A stretch of 64,000 bases of DNA, taken from the NCBI GenBank assembly GCA_048384935.1, contig DBEWII010000100.1:858-64857 (forward strand). Direction: 5' to 3'. The notes below the pieces were generated by a model. It was not told the origin of the DNA. It saw nothing but the letters and a program-made list of their open reading frames with translations, and ran no database searches. Both the position numbers and the translations under genes were made by a program. Below are positions 37,958 through 47,387 of this stretch, in pieces; position 1 is the first letter of the stretch, and every line of letters begins with the position of its first letter. The DNA is from Collinsella aerofaciens. GTDB taxonomy: Bacteria > Actinomycetota > Coriobacteriia > Coriobacteriales > Coriobacteriaceae.

Positions 37958-39718
37958 GTGGCCGACCAGGACATCAAGATGCTCATCGAGCGCATTATGG
38001 CCGAGGCCCGGACCCATCAGTCTGCCCGCTTCTCACATGAAGTCTACGCAGACGAGCCGATTCTCAAAACCGGCCGACAGATGCAGAATTTCCTCCCCGA
38101 CCAGTACCGTAAAATGCGCGAGATATCGCGCTGGCAGGATGACCCCAAGGGCGGTGCGGGCCGCTGGCTTTCGGAAGCCGAGCTTTTTTACCGCCAGGGC
38201 CTGCTGATGGCCGACTTTGAGGACGACTGTCCCTACAACGGCACCTTTAAGTCGTACTTTCCCACCTACAACGCCATGAGCGACCGGCAGCTGCGCGGCT
38301 ACTTTACCTGGCGTGCCCAAGTGCGCCGCGGAACCGTCGAGGAAACGTCTACGTCCTTTGCCTTTCTGTATCTCTATGAGCTGATTTGCGGCATTGGCGT
38401 AGATGACCCGCTCGACGGTTTTAACAAGATCAAGGCCTTTTGGGATGTCTATCGCGCCTTCGAGCCCGGCATTGATCGGTTTGCACGCGTGTGGTTGCAG
38501 GATTACGCCGTATTCCATGGGCTCGACCCCAAGCTGCTCCGCGACTCTAAAACCGTCATGTTCGATAACGCCCTTATCGAGCTGCGGCGCGCGGCACGAG
38601 ACCTTGTACCGGCACCGGCACCGTCCGACCAGACCCCCAAACGTCGCAAAACCTCCGAGCCCACGCTCCCCCTTCCGCCCGATGAGGTGCGCGAGGAGCG
38701 ACTCATGGCCGCCATCAACGCCCTCTCCACGTACAACCTAAGTAACTCGCGGCTCGACCGCAGCCACCACCGCGATCTGCGCCACGTGGCATGCGCCGTG
38801 TATGTCCGCATGGCGCGCTACTATGACACGCACCGAAAGACCGGCATCGTAGCGAGCTTGTTTGGGGAGGAGACGGCCATGCCCTACACCATGTTTGCCT
38901 CGGCCGTATTCTTTGCGCCCGAGCGCCACGAGGACTGCGAATACCGCCTGGATCCCATCCACATCTACCGTTGCCAAAACGGCTTTTGGGAATGTATGCG
39001 TATCCATGGTAGTAGGCAAAAGAGCAGCAAGCTCGGTGAAATGATGCGCGCCTGCGACCAACGCCTGCGCCTGGCGCTGGACCCCGCCCATCCCCTTAAG
39101 GAAGAAAAGGTCCCCAAATATCTGGCCAAGATTACCGATGACGAGATCATGGCATGGCTTTCGTGGGACGCCGCACACCAGCCCGTCAAGATCGATATCG
39201 ATCTGAGTCAGCTGGGGCACATTCGGAGCGCCGCTGCGCAAACGCGCGAAGCACTTTTAATCGACGAAGAGCGCGAGGACGGCGCACCTGTGGAAGCCGA
39301 GGCAGCGGACTCAGGGCAACCGGAAGCCGAGCCCGTAGCCGACGCGATTGTCGAGGCGGTCGCGGCACCCATTCGGCAGGACGAGACCGACGAGCCAACC
39401 ATATCCACCGAACAGTTTGGTGTCGTGGCACCGCTTCTCGCGCCGACGCCCGCGTTCGCAGCTGTTGCGCCCGCTGACGCCACGAACGAACTCACGCCTG
39501 CCGCAGACGCCTATCTCCGCGCGCTGCTCGAGCACAACGCAGTACAGGCGGAATCGGCGGTAGTGCAATCGGGGCAGAGCGAGGACATGCTCGTCGACAG
39601 CATCAACGAGGCGCTCTTTGACCTGGTGGGCGACACCGTAATTGAATTTAGCGCGGCAGGGCCGCAGATTATCGAGGACTACGAAGCAGACGTGAGAGGA
39701 TACCTAGACCATGAGTGA
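37958..39718 (+). CDS. sngA: TerB-N / TerB-C domain protein (Shango SngA-like)
   Basis: 586 aa. TerB_N-like block (YFPTYNAMSDRQLRGYFTWRAQVRRG...FAFLYLYELICG) and TerB_C-like C-terminus (MLVDSINEALFDLVGDTVIEF...IIEDYEADVRGYL). GTG start after GAGAGGAGGAG. The stop overlaps the next start by 8 nt. Confidence 0.8.
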   Translation: MADQDIKMLIERIMAEARTHQSARFSHEVYADEPILKTGRQMQNFLPDQYRKMREISRWQDDPKGGAGRWLSEAELFYRQGLLMADFEDDCPYNGTFKSYFPTYNAMSDRQLRGYFTWRAQVRRGTVEETSTSFAFLYLYELICGIGVDDPLDGFNKIKAFWDVYRAFEPGIDRFARVWLQDYAVFHGLDPKLLRDSKTVMFDNALIELRRAARDLVPAPAPSDQTPKRRKTSEPTLPLPPDEVREERLMAAINALSTYNLSNSRLDRSHHRDLRHVACAVYVRMARYYDTHRKTGIVASLFGEETAMPYTMFASAVFFAPERHEDCEYRLDPIHIYRCQNGFWECMRIHGSRQKSSKLGEMMRACDQRLRLALDPAHPLKEEKVPKYLAKITDDEIMAWLSWDAAHQPVKIDIDLSQLGHIRSAAAQTREALLIDEEREDGAPVEAEAADSGQPEAEPVADAIVEAVAAPIRQDETDEPTISTEQFGVVAPLLAPTPAFAAVAPADATNELTPAADAYLRALLEHNAVQAESAVVQSGQSEDMLVDSINEALFDLVGDTVIEFSAAGPQIIEDYEADVRGYLDHE

Positions 39719-41015
39719 TACCGCATCCGCAGCGCCCCGTGTACCCAAACGCGTCGCCGCCGTTATCCTTAACTCGCTCAAGGGCGGCGTGGTCCCGCGC
39801 ATCGGCCTTCCCTATATCACCGTGGGTCGCGAGGTCGAGATTCGCGCCCTGCTCACCGATTTGAGTCTCATCGCCGATGGCGGCGCGAGCTTCCGCTTCT
39901 TAGTCGGTCGTTACGGCGCCGGCAAGAGCTTTTTGCTCCAGACCATCCGCACGCACGCCATGGGCGAGGGATTCGTCGTCGCTGATGCCGACCTGTCGCC
40001 CGAGCGCCGCCTGCAGGGCGGTCAGGGACAGGGCCTTGCCACCTACCGCGAGCTCATCCGCAATATATCGACCAAGACGCGCCCCGAGGGTGGTGCGCTC
40101 AACCTTATTTTGGATCGCTGGGTCGCCTCGTGTGCCGACGTCGACGAGTCGGTCGTCAATGCCCAACTGGCCCCGCTCGAGGAGATGGTCCACGGCTTCG
40201 ACTTCACCCGCATGCTCCGCCGCTATCGCATGGCCGTATCCGAGGGCGATGAAGAGGCTATGAGCCGCGTGACCAAATGGATTCGCGGCGAGTACCGCAC
40301 CAAGAGCGAGGCACGCGCTGAGCTGGGCTCCTCGACCATCATCAGCGATGACGACTGGTACGACTACGTTAAGCTCATTGCACGCTTTTTGGTCTGCAGC
40401 GGATACAAGGGCATGCTGGTGCTCATCGACGAACTCGTGAATCTGTACAAGATTCCCAACGCGATCACGCGCCAATACAACTACGAGAAGATCCTGACTA
40501 TGTACAACGACACGCTCCAGGGCAAGGCGCAGTACCTGGGCATGATCATGGGCGGCACGCCAACCTCCATCGAAGACCGCCGCCGCGGCGTGTTCTCCTA
40601 CGAAGCTCTGCGCAGCCGACTCTCTCAGGGTCGCTTTGCGCGAGATGATCTCAAAGACATGCTCGCGCCCATCATCCGCCTGCAGCCGCTCACCTACGAG
40701 GAGCTGCTGGTGCTCATCGAAAAGCTCATGCAGATCCATGCCGGCTACTTTGGCTGGACGCCCACGCTTACCGAGAACGACTTGGTGAACTTTCTCAAGA
40801 TTGAGTTTGGCCGCGTGGGAGCCGATACGCACCTGACGCCCCGTGAGGTCATTCGTGACTTTATCGAGCTGCTCGATATCCTGTGTCAGAACCCCGATGC
40901 AAATGTGGCCGAGTTGCTGCAAAGCGTCGGCGGCGACGCGCTGGCGCCGGCAGCCGCAACAGGCGACGCCGGCACCGCAGGCGGCGACCGCAACTTCGCC
41001 GAATTCACCATCTAA
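39711..41015 (+). CDS. sngB: DUF2791 / BrxD-type P-loop ATPase (Shango SngB-like)
   Basis: 434 aa. Walker A GRYGAGKS and Walker B MLVLIDEL. The N-terminal LKGGVVPRIGLPYITVGRE pattern is typical of the BrxD-type family. Confidence 0.8.
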   Translation: MSDTASAAPRVPKRVAAVILNSLKGGVVPRIGLPYITVGREVEIRALLTDLSLIADGGASFRFLVGRYGAGKSFLLQTIRTHAMGEGFVVADADLSPERRLQGGQGQGLATYRELIRNISTKTRPEGGALNLILDRWVASCADVDESVVNAQLAPLEEMVHGFDFTRMLRRYRMAVSEGDEEAMSRVTKWIRGEYRTKSEARAELGSSTIISDDDWYDYVKLIARFLVCSGYKGMLVLIDELVNLYKIPNAITRQYNYEKILTMYNDTLQGKAQYLGMIMGGTPTSIEDRRRGVFSYEALRSRLSQGRFARDDLKDMLAPIIRLQPLTYEELLVLIEKLMQIHAGYFGWTPTLTENDLVNFLKIEFGRVGADTHLTPREVIRDFIELLDILCQNPDANVAELLQSVGGDALAPAAATGDAGTAGGDRNFAEFTI

Positions 41016-41052
41016 CCTGCCAAAAAGGGACAGGTTTATTTTGGCAGGTTTT
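41016..41052 (+). terminator. terminator-like hairpin between the ATPase and helicase genes
   Basis: CCTGCCAAAA / TTTTGGCAGG 10-bp stem with a 13-nt loop, followed by TTTTAT. Begins right after the sngB-like stop codon. Confidence 0.45.
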
Positions 41053-41131
41053 ATCTGGGCAAACGTCGAGGCAGTAATGCAGCAAGCCACTGCCCACCGC
41101 ATTGAGAGATTCGTTTTTGAAAGGAGGCCCC

Positions 41132-43576
41132 GTGAACGCCTTTGACCGCTACGCCCCGTTTATCCAAGACTTCATCTACTCCCACGATTGGGAGAGTCTA
41201 CGCTCCATCCAGGTTGCAGCAGCTGATGCCATCTTTAACACTCAGGACAATGTGCTCCTGACGGCATCCACGGCTTCCGGCAAAACCGAGGCAGCCTTCT
41301 TTCCCATCCTGACCGAGTTTTGGGAGAACCCGCCCGCGAGCGTTGGCGCCCTCTACATCGGCCCCCTCAAGGCACTCATCAATGATCAGTTCGTCCGCCT
41401 CAACGACCTGTGCGAAGAGGCCGATATCCCCGTCTGGCACTGGCATGGCGATGTTTCGCAGTCGCACAAGGCTAAGCTCATCAAAAAACCGAGCGGTATC
41501 TTGCAGATTACGCCTGAGTCGCTCGAGGCGCTCCTGATCCATAAGCACATGGCAATCCCTCGTATGTTCTGCGACCTGCGCTATGTGGTTATCGACGAGG
41601 TTCATTCGCTCATGCGCGGCGACCGCGGCGGTCAGACGCTCTGCCTTATCGAGCGCCTCTCGCGCATGGCGGGCGTGCAGCCCCGCCGCATCGGCCTTTC
41701 TGCCACCATCGGCGACCCCGAGCGCACGGGCGCCTTTCTCTCACAGGGAACAGGACGCGATTGCATCATCCCCCGCTTTGAGGAACCGCGCCGCGTGTGG
41801 CGCATCTCCATGGAGCACTTCTACAACTCGGGTCCCCAGGCACAGCAGTGGGGATTCGAGAGCACGGGTCCACAAGAAGCCGAGATGCTTGCTTGCGAGC
41901 GTATTGAGCCGGCGGCACCCGCGGCACTGCCCGCCGGCGCCCAAGACATGCGTCACAGCGGACAGCTCACACAAGAGGAGCGCCGTCAACGTCGTGAGCG
42001 GGCACGGGACAAGGCTACCTCCAGGGATCGCCGCACTTCGTCGGCCCCCGAGGGCGAAGTCGACATCCCCCGAGCACCCGAACAGGCATTACTCAACCCC
42101 ACCGACACGGCGCCAGACAACGCCGACCCCGGCATGGGCTATATCTTTGAGCACACACGCGGCCGCAAGTGCCTGGTCTTTGCCAACTCGCGCGAGGAGG
42201 CAGAGGCCGTGTGCTCCATGCTGCGCAGCTACTGCGAGAGCCGGCACGAGCCCGACCGCTTTCTCATCCACCACGGCAATCTTTCAGCATCGCTGCGCGA
42301 GACGGCAGAAGAGCTCATGCGCGATGAGGAGCAGGCACAGACAACCGTCACCACATCTACACTGGAGCTCGGTATCGATATCGGCCGTCTGGAGCGTGCG
42401 TTTCAGATCGATGCACCGTTTACCGTCAGCTCCTTTTTGCAGCGAATGGGCCGCACGGGGCGCCGCGATCTTCCGCCCGAGATGTGGTTTGTCATGCGCG
42501 AGGAAGAACCCGAGCCGCGCACGATGATGCCCGAGACCATTCCGTGGAAGCTCCTGCAGGGCATCGCGCTCGTACAACTCTATCGCGAGGAAAAGTGGGT
42601 CGAGCCACCCGAACTCGATCGACTCCCCTACAGCCTGCTCTACCACCAGACTATGTCGACGCTTGCCAGCACCGGCGAACTCACGCCGGCAGAGCTTGCC
42701 CAGCGCGTGCTCACACTCAGCTATTTTCATCGCATCTCGGCCGATGACTATCGCGTGTTGCTGCGTCACCTCATTAAGATCGACCATATCCAAGTCACCG
42801 AGGGCGGCGGGCTCATCGTGGGCCTCGCGGGCGAGCGCATCATTAACAACTTTAAGTTCTACGCTGTGTTCCAGGAAAACGAGGAGTTCACCGTTCGCAG
42901 TGAGTCGGCCGAGTTGGGCACGATCGTCAATCCGCCACCGCCCGGTGAGCGCATCGCCATCGCCGGACACTGCTGGATTGTCGAGGAAGTGGACTGGAAG
43001 CGCCACACCGTCTTTGCCACGCAGGTCAAGGGCCGGGTGCCGGCCTACTTTGGCGACTGCCCCGGTGATATCAATACACACGTACTCGAGCGCATGCGCA
43101 AGGCGCTCAACGAGCACGCAGCATATCCGTACCTTATGGGTAACGCACGGGCCCGCCTTGCGCAGGCTCGTCATACCGCCGAGATTTCGGGCGCGGGAAC
43201 CAAGCCGCTCATTAACCTGGGCGGCGACACCTGGGTGCTCTTCCCCTGGTTGGGAAGCTACGCCTTTTTGGCGCTCGAGCGCATGCTCAAGATTAAATGT
43301 GCCGCGGAGCTGGGCCTTCGCGGACTCGACCCGTCACGCCCGTACTTTATGCAGTTTAAGATGAAGGCCGACGAGGAGACGTTCTTTGAAGTGCTCGCCG
43401 CCGAAGCCGAGAAAGACTTCGACCCCATCGACCTCGTCTATCCCGGCGAGGTGCCTTACTTTGACCGCTACGACGAGTTTGTTCCCGAAGAGCTCGTGCG
43501 CAAGGGCTTTGCCGAAGGCGTGCTCGACATCGAAGGCATGAAGCAGCGCGTTCTCGGCTGGCGCGACCACGCCTAA
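41132..43576 (+). CDS. sngC: Lhr / BrxHI-type DEAD/DEAH-box helicase (Shango SngC-like)
   Basis: SF2 motifs ASTASGKTEAAFFP, VVIDEVHS, TSTLELGIDIG and QRMGRTGRR, plus a C-terminal extension of about 350 aa as in Lhr-type helicases. I prefer the GTG at 41132, 4 nt after AAAGGAGG, over the TTG at 41102. Confidence 0.85.
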   Translation: MNAFDRYAPFIQDFIYSHDWESLRSIQVAAADAIFNTQDNVLLTASTASGKTEAAFFPILTEFWENPPASVGALYIGPLKALINDQFVRLNDLCEEADIPVWHWHGDVSQSHKAKLIKKPSGILQITPESLEALLIHKHMAIPRMFCDLRYVVIDEVHSLMRGDRGGQTLCLIERLSRMAGVQPRRIGLSATIGDPERTGAFLSQGTGRDCIIPRFEEPRRVWRISMEHFYNSGPQAQQWGFESTGPQEAEMLACERIEPAAPAALPAGAQDMRHSGQLTQEERRQRRERARDKATSRDRRTSSAPEGEVDIPRAPEQALLNPTDTAPDNADPGMGYIFEHTRGRKCLVFANSREEAEAVCSMLRSYCESRHEPDRFLIHHGNLSASLRETAEELMRDEEQAQTTVTTSTLELGIDIGRLERAFQIDAPFTVSSFLQRMGRTGRRDLPPEMWFVMREEEPEPRTMMPETIPWKLLQGIALVQLYREEKWVEPPELDRLPYSLLYHQTMSTLASTGELTPAELAQRVLTLSYFHRISADDYRVLLRHLIKIDHIQVTEGGGLIVGLAGERIINNFKFYAVFQENEEFTVRSESAELGTIVNPPPPGERIAIAGHCWIVEEVDWKRHTVFATQVKGRVPAYFGDCPGDINTHVLERMRKALNEHAAYPYLMGNARARLAQARHTAEISGAGTKPLINLGGDTWVLFPWLGSYAFLALERMLKIKCAAELGLRGLDPSRPYFMQFKMKADEETFFEVLAAEAEKDFDPIDLVYPGEVPYFDRYDEFVPEELVRKGFAEGVLDIEGMKQRVLGWRDHA

Positions 43577-43602
43577 GACCAGTCTTTTTGGGACGAGGAG
43601 AC

Positions 43603-44481
43603 TTATTTGTCGTGAAGGACGGTGCCGAGGAAGTCGGTGTCGAAGGGCACGGCTTCGGCAAAGGCGTAGTTGCCGTCGCTGGCGATGAGCAGGTAGTTTT
43701 CCTCGCCGCCGAACTCCGCATCGCCACATGGGACCACCCAGGCGTGGGCGAATACCTCGAGTGCCGTGGCAGCGCAATCGCGCAGGAACGTCACATCGCT
43801 CCCCTCGCTTGCGCTCACGATATTGGCCACGTAGATGCCGCCGGCATTCAGGCTGCCCCGCACTAGACGCAACGCCTCAACGGTCGCCAGCTCGCGTACG
43901 GGCTCGGCACCGCCAAAGCAATCGCTCACGACCACGTCGTAGCGACGATGACCCACACTCGTCACACCCAGATAAGAGCGAGCCTCAGCGGTTATCACCC
44001 GCAGGCGATCGCCCGCCGCGCGCTCCAGCTCGTCTAGGTAGAACCAGCGGCGCGCCAGGCGCGTAATCTCTCCGTCATACTCGATAACGTCCATGCGCAA
44101 GCCCTCGTGCGACATCAGCGCAAACTTGGGATAGGCAAACCCGCCGCCACCCAGCATGAGCATACGGTCGATGCCGTGACCATAAGCGTCGTGCATTGCA
44201 CCCTCGGCCTCAAACACGTCGTCAAACGCACGATAGTACGCAAAGACGGGCTCAGCCCAACGCTCGCCAACGTAACTCGCGCTTTGGTAGACGCCGCCTT
44301 GCACCAATACGCGGACTTCGTCGCCGCCCTCGTCGTGCACGCGCTTCACACGCGCCAACCCATTGCAGGTTCGCGCAACCTGCAGACAGGCAACACGAAC
44401 AGCGACAGCGGCCGCACCAAGCGCCGCGGCTCCCAGAGCAACGCCGGCAACGACGCCGGCAGAAACACTCGGCTTGTTCAT
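43603..44481 (-). CDS. spermidine-synthase-like class I SAM-fold protein with N-terminal TM helix
   Basis: A hydrophobic N-terminus, then MLMLGGGGFAYP (glycine-rich SAM/dcSAM loop) and VVVSD. Its ATG directly abuts the Elp3 stop (TAGATG). Confidence 0.65.
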   Translation of the reverse strand: MNKPSVSAGVVAGVALGAAALGAAAVAVRVACLQVARTCNGLARVKRVHDEGGDEVRVLVQGGVYQSASYVGERWAEPVFAYYRAFDDVFEAEGAMHDAYGHGIDRMLMLGGGGFAYPKFALMSHEGLRMDVIEYDGEITRLARRWFYLDELERAAGDRLRVITAEARSYLGVTSVGHRRYDVVVSDCFGGAEPVRELATVEALRLVRGSLNAGGIYVANIVSASEGSDVTFLRDCAATALEVFAHAWVVPCGDAEFGGEENYLLIASDGNYAFAEAVPFDTDFLGTVLHDK

Positions 44482-46398
44482 CTAGAGCTCCTTTTGCAGA
44501 TAAAGGCCATGGTCATAAAATCCAAGATGGCGATAGTACTCGCGCGTACCAATCGCGCTGATCACGTTGATGCGCGCATAGCCGGCATCCCGGGCAATCT
44601 CGCACGCACGCTCTACGAGCAAACGCCCCAACCCGTGATGCTGCGCCGCCTGGCCCTGGTCACCCACGCGTGCCGCCATGCCATACACGTGCACCTCGCG
44701 AATCATCGCCTCGTCCGGCGTCGTCGGCAACTCGTCCGCATGCGCGGCAACAAACGAATGGTCGGGCAGCGACAACCGCAAAAAGCCCGCGATCTTGCCC
44801 TGCGGCGTCACCCACTGCAAAAAGCGCTCGTAAGTCACTGGCGTCTCGTACGCCACTTCCTCATCAAGAGATAGCTCATCCAAGTCGGCACCCGCCGTAC
44901 TGATCTCGCGATAGCGAATCTCGCGCACCGTCGCACCATCACCCCGAGCAGCCAGACGGTTCTCAACGAGCTGACGCAGGTTGGGTTTCTTGTTGCCCAC
45001 CATAATGTCGTCGGAACTAAAGTCGCGGATCATGCGACTGATACGGCAGAACGCCGGCGTCACCACGATGTCGTCGGCCAGCACATCGAGCAGCTCTTCC
45101 TCGGTATAGGGACGCCACTCGCCGCGCTCATAGCAGCCCACCAGACGCGAGCCCTCGATGAGCGCACACGGGTAGACCTTGACCTCGTCGGGCATAAAGG
45201 CCCCTTCGGTCATAAAGCGTTCGTAGTCGCGCTTATCCCCCTCCGGCGTGGCGCCCAGCAGGTTAAGCATAAAATGCGCATGGATCTTAAAGCCAAACAG
45301 GCGCGCAAGCGAAAACGCCCGTTCAATCTGCGCCACCGAAATGCGACGCTCGTTGATATCGAGCAGGTGCTGGTCGAGGCTCTGGATACCCATCTGGATC
45401 TTGGTGCAGCCCAGGCGGCGGATGAGCGTAAGCGCCTGCGGCGTTACGGCATCGGGGCGCGTCTCGATAACGAGTCCCACCACGCGATGCTTCGCCGTCT
45501 CGTTGATGCGCTGCTGACGCTCGAGCTCCTCCATCGTTGCCGTCTGCCACTCAGTGACCTTGTCCCACGGCGTACCGGGACCGTACAGACGACGCACCGC
45601 ACGGTTATAGCCGCCCACGGCAGCATCCACACGCCCCTGCTCGTCGGCAACGCCGGCAGCAAGCTCGACCTCGTCTGTCGCAATGCCGGCGGCCCGATAG
45701 CGCTCACGGCGCTCTGCTACCACAGGCGGCAGGGCATCGGCGGGAGCGTCATCGAGCAGACGCCCCGCCTCGGCACGACTGATGCCCGGACGCGCCAACA
45801 TGGGGTTAGCCGCCACACCAGCCACGGCATCGTCATTGAGCGCGCGGAAGAGCTCCGACATAAACCACGTCTGATACCCTTGCGGATAGTCGCTCCAGGT
45901 ACCGCCGAGCACAATGAGCTCAATCTTATCGGTCGCATGCCCCATCTGCGAAAGCGCGGTCAGACGAGCGCTTACCTGCAGATACGGGTCAAAGCAATTT
46001 TGCTCCGCACGGGCGCACGCCGGCTCGGCGTGCAGATAGCTTTTGGGCATGCGCAGATCGTTGGGGCAAAATAGGCAATCGCCCGAGCATGGCCAGGGCT
46101 TGGTGATGACGGTAATGGTCGCCACGCCCGAAGCCGTGCGACGAGGCTTCATACGCAGGACCTGCAGCAGTTGACGCTCCAGATCGGAATCGACATTCCA
46201 CGCAGCCCACCGAACCGGCTCCTCACGTTTAACCCGCTGGTAGAACGGCAGCAGACGGCGCTTGGCCAAATCGCGTTTGTCGGCACCCTCACGGCGCGCC
46301 TCGGCATGTATCAGTTTGACGAGCGCTTTGTCGTCCACGGTCTCGCCGCGACGCAGAGCCTCGAGTATGTTCAAGATAATCTGTTCCATGCCCCCCAT
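44482..46398 (-). CDS. elp3: Elp3-like radical SAM + GNAT acetyltransferase (bacterial Elongator protein 3 homolog)
   Basis: Radical SAM cluster motif CSGDCLFCP, a large radical-SAM barrel, and a C-terminal GNAT domain (HHGLGRLLVERACEIARDAGY). Start at MGGMEQ (46398) or MEQ (46389). The GTG at 46491 is rejected because a terminator-like hairpin lies between them. Confidence 0.85.
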   Translation of the reverse strand: MGGMEQIILNILEALRRGETVDDKALVKLIHAEARREGADKRDLAKRRLLPFYQRVKREEPVRWAAWNVDSDLERQLLQVLRMKPRRTASGVATITVITKPWPCSGDCLFCPNDLRMPKSYLHAEPACARAEQNCFDPYLQVSARLTALSQMGHATDKIELIVLGGTWSDYPQGYQTWFMSELFRALNDDAVAGVAANPMLARPGISRAEAGRLLDDAPADALPPVVAERRERYRAAGIATDEVELAAGVADEQGRVDAAVGGYNRAVRRLYGPGTPWDKVTEWQTATMEELERQQRINETAKHRVVGLVIETRPDAVTPQALTLIRRLGCTKIQMGIQSLDQHLLDINERRISVAQIERAFSLARLFGFKIHAHFMLNLLGATPEGDKRDYERFMTEGAFMPDEVKVYPCALIEGSRLVGCYERGEWRPYTEEELLDVLADDIVVTPAFCRISRMIRDFSSDDIMVGNKKPNLRQLVENRLAARGDGATVREIRYREISTAGADLDELSLDEEVAYETPVTYERFLQWVTPQGKIAGFLRLSLPDHSFVAAHADELPTTPDEAMIREVHVYGMAARVGDQGQAAQHHGLGRLLVERACEIARDAGYARINVISAIGTREYYRHLGFYDHGLYLQKEL

Positions 46399-46410
46399 TG
46401 TAAAGGCAAA

Positions 46411-46440
46411 GGCGCCGAAGCCCGTCACGGCTCCGGCGCC
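46411..46440 (-). terminator. hairpin (attenuator or terminator) between the DUF4097 gene and elp3
   Basis: On the minus strand, GGCGCCGGAGCC-GTGACG-GGCTTCGGCGCC is followed by TTTGCCTTT. The 12-bp stem has one mismatch. Confidence 0.4.
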
Positions 46441-46487
46441 TCCATCAAAGAGCATGCCTATATGTACCGATCTCCGAAAACCGCATG

Positions 46488-47387
46488 TCACTCCGGATCA
46501 AACGACATGTCGCCCGAACCGACCTCAAAACGATACGTAGCAGACTTATCGCCGTTATCGAATTCAAGATTCAAAATGGTCTCGCCGTCGTAGCCAAGCG
46601 GAAGGAAATCGCTCTCGAAGTCGCCGCTGCCCAAGGTGAGGCTCGCCTTAAAGCCCGTCGAGTTCGGAACCGTCATCTCCACATCGCCCGAGCCCACACT
46701 CACGTCCATCGACTTCGCGGGGGCCTGGTAGAGCTCGAACGTCACATCGCCCGAACCGACCTCGGCATTCAGGGTATCGGTCACGGTGCCCGTAAACTCA
46801 ACGTCTCCAGAGTCCAAAGTCAGGTTGAGGTCATGACACGCAATGCCCGCGACCGTCAGGTCACCCGATCCTACATTCGCTGTAATGCCCACCATGTTAT
46901 CGGCAACTTCGCGCGGCAGTTCGACGGTAACCGTGCGGTCAATGGCGCGCTCGTCATCGCAATCGAACTGGCGAATCTTGAGCGTAGAGCCCTTGATTTC
47001 GGCCAGGTTCTGGGTTGCCGCATCGAAGGCAACGGTCCCCGTTGCCACGCGACCGCTTTCAATTACGCGCACTGGCCCGCTGGAGACGTGTTTGACCTCG
47101 ACCGTGCCCGACGTCACGTCCAAGTCAAGCGATGTGAACGCGTCGGCATCAAAGGTTTCGCTCGAAAGCTGCTGAGGCTGAGCGGAATAGTTACCGCCAT
47201 CCAAAAGATCGTCCTCGTCAACCGCATCGTCCATACCAGAGAAGCCGGATACAACATCCTCGAGATCCCACGGGCCATCAAAATGAATCAAAGTCCGCGA
47301 AATGCCAAAGACAAGCCCGATGATGAGCACAAACGCTCCGATGCCAACGCCCAAGCGTACCTTGGATTCATGCGAAAGCTTCATCAT
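46488..47387 (-). CDS. DUF4097-family beta-repeat protein with N-terminal TM anchor
   Basis: One TM helix, then a repeated beta-strand motif (VGSGDLTV, LDSGDVEF, VGSGDVTF, VGSGDVEM, LGSGDFES, VGSGDMSF). 4-nt overlap with the upstream regulator gene. Confidence 0.75.
   Translation of the reverse strand: MMKLSHESKVRLGVGIGAFVLIIGLVFGISRTLIHFDGPWDLEDVVSGFSGMDDAVDEDDLLDGGNYSAQPQQLSSETFDADAFTSLDLDVTSGTVEVKHVSSGPVRVIESGRVATGTVAFDAATQNLAEIKGSTLKIRQFDCDDERAIDRTVTVELPREVADNMVGITANVGSGDLTVAGIACHDLNLTLDSGDVEFTGTVTDTLNAEVGSGDVTFELYQAPAKSMDVSVGSGDVEMTVPNSTGFKASLTLGSGDFESDFLPLGYDGETILNLEFDNGDKSATYRFEVGSGDMSFDPE

Noticed and set aside
37958-43576. Classification of the cassette as a BREX system, because of the BrxD-like and BrxHI-like components.
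   Set aside because: No PglX methyltransferase, PglZ phosphatase or BrxC/PglY is present in the flanks. A TerB-N/TerB-C protein is there instead, which fits the three-gene Shango layout.
46399-46491. GTG at 46491 as the Elp3 start, giving a 4-nt overlap with the DUF4097 gene.
   Set aside because: The added 31 residues are Gly/Ala/Phe low complexity, and the segment contains a terminator-like hairpin followed by a T-tract. The Elp3 family alignment plausibly begins at MEQIILNILEALRRG. This cannot be fully excluded without data.
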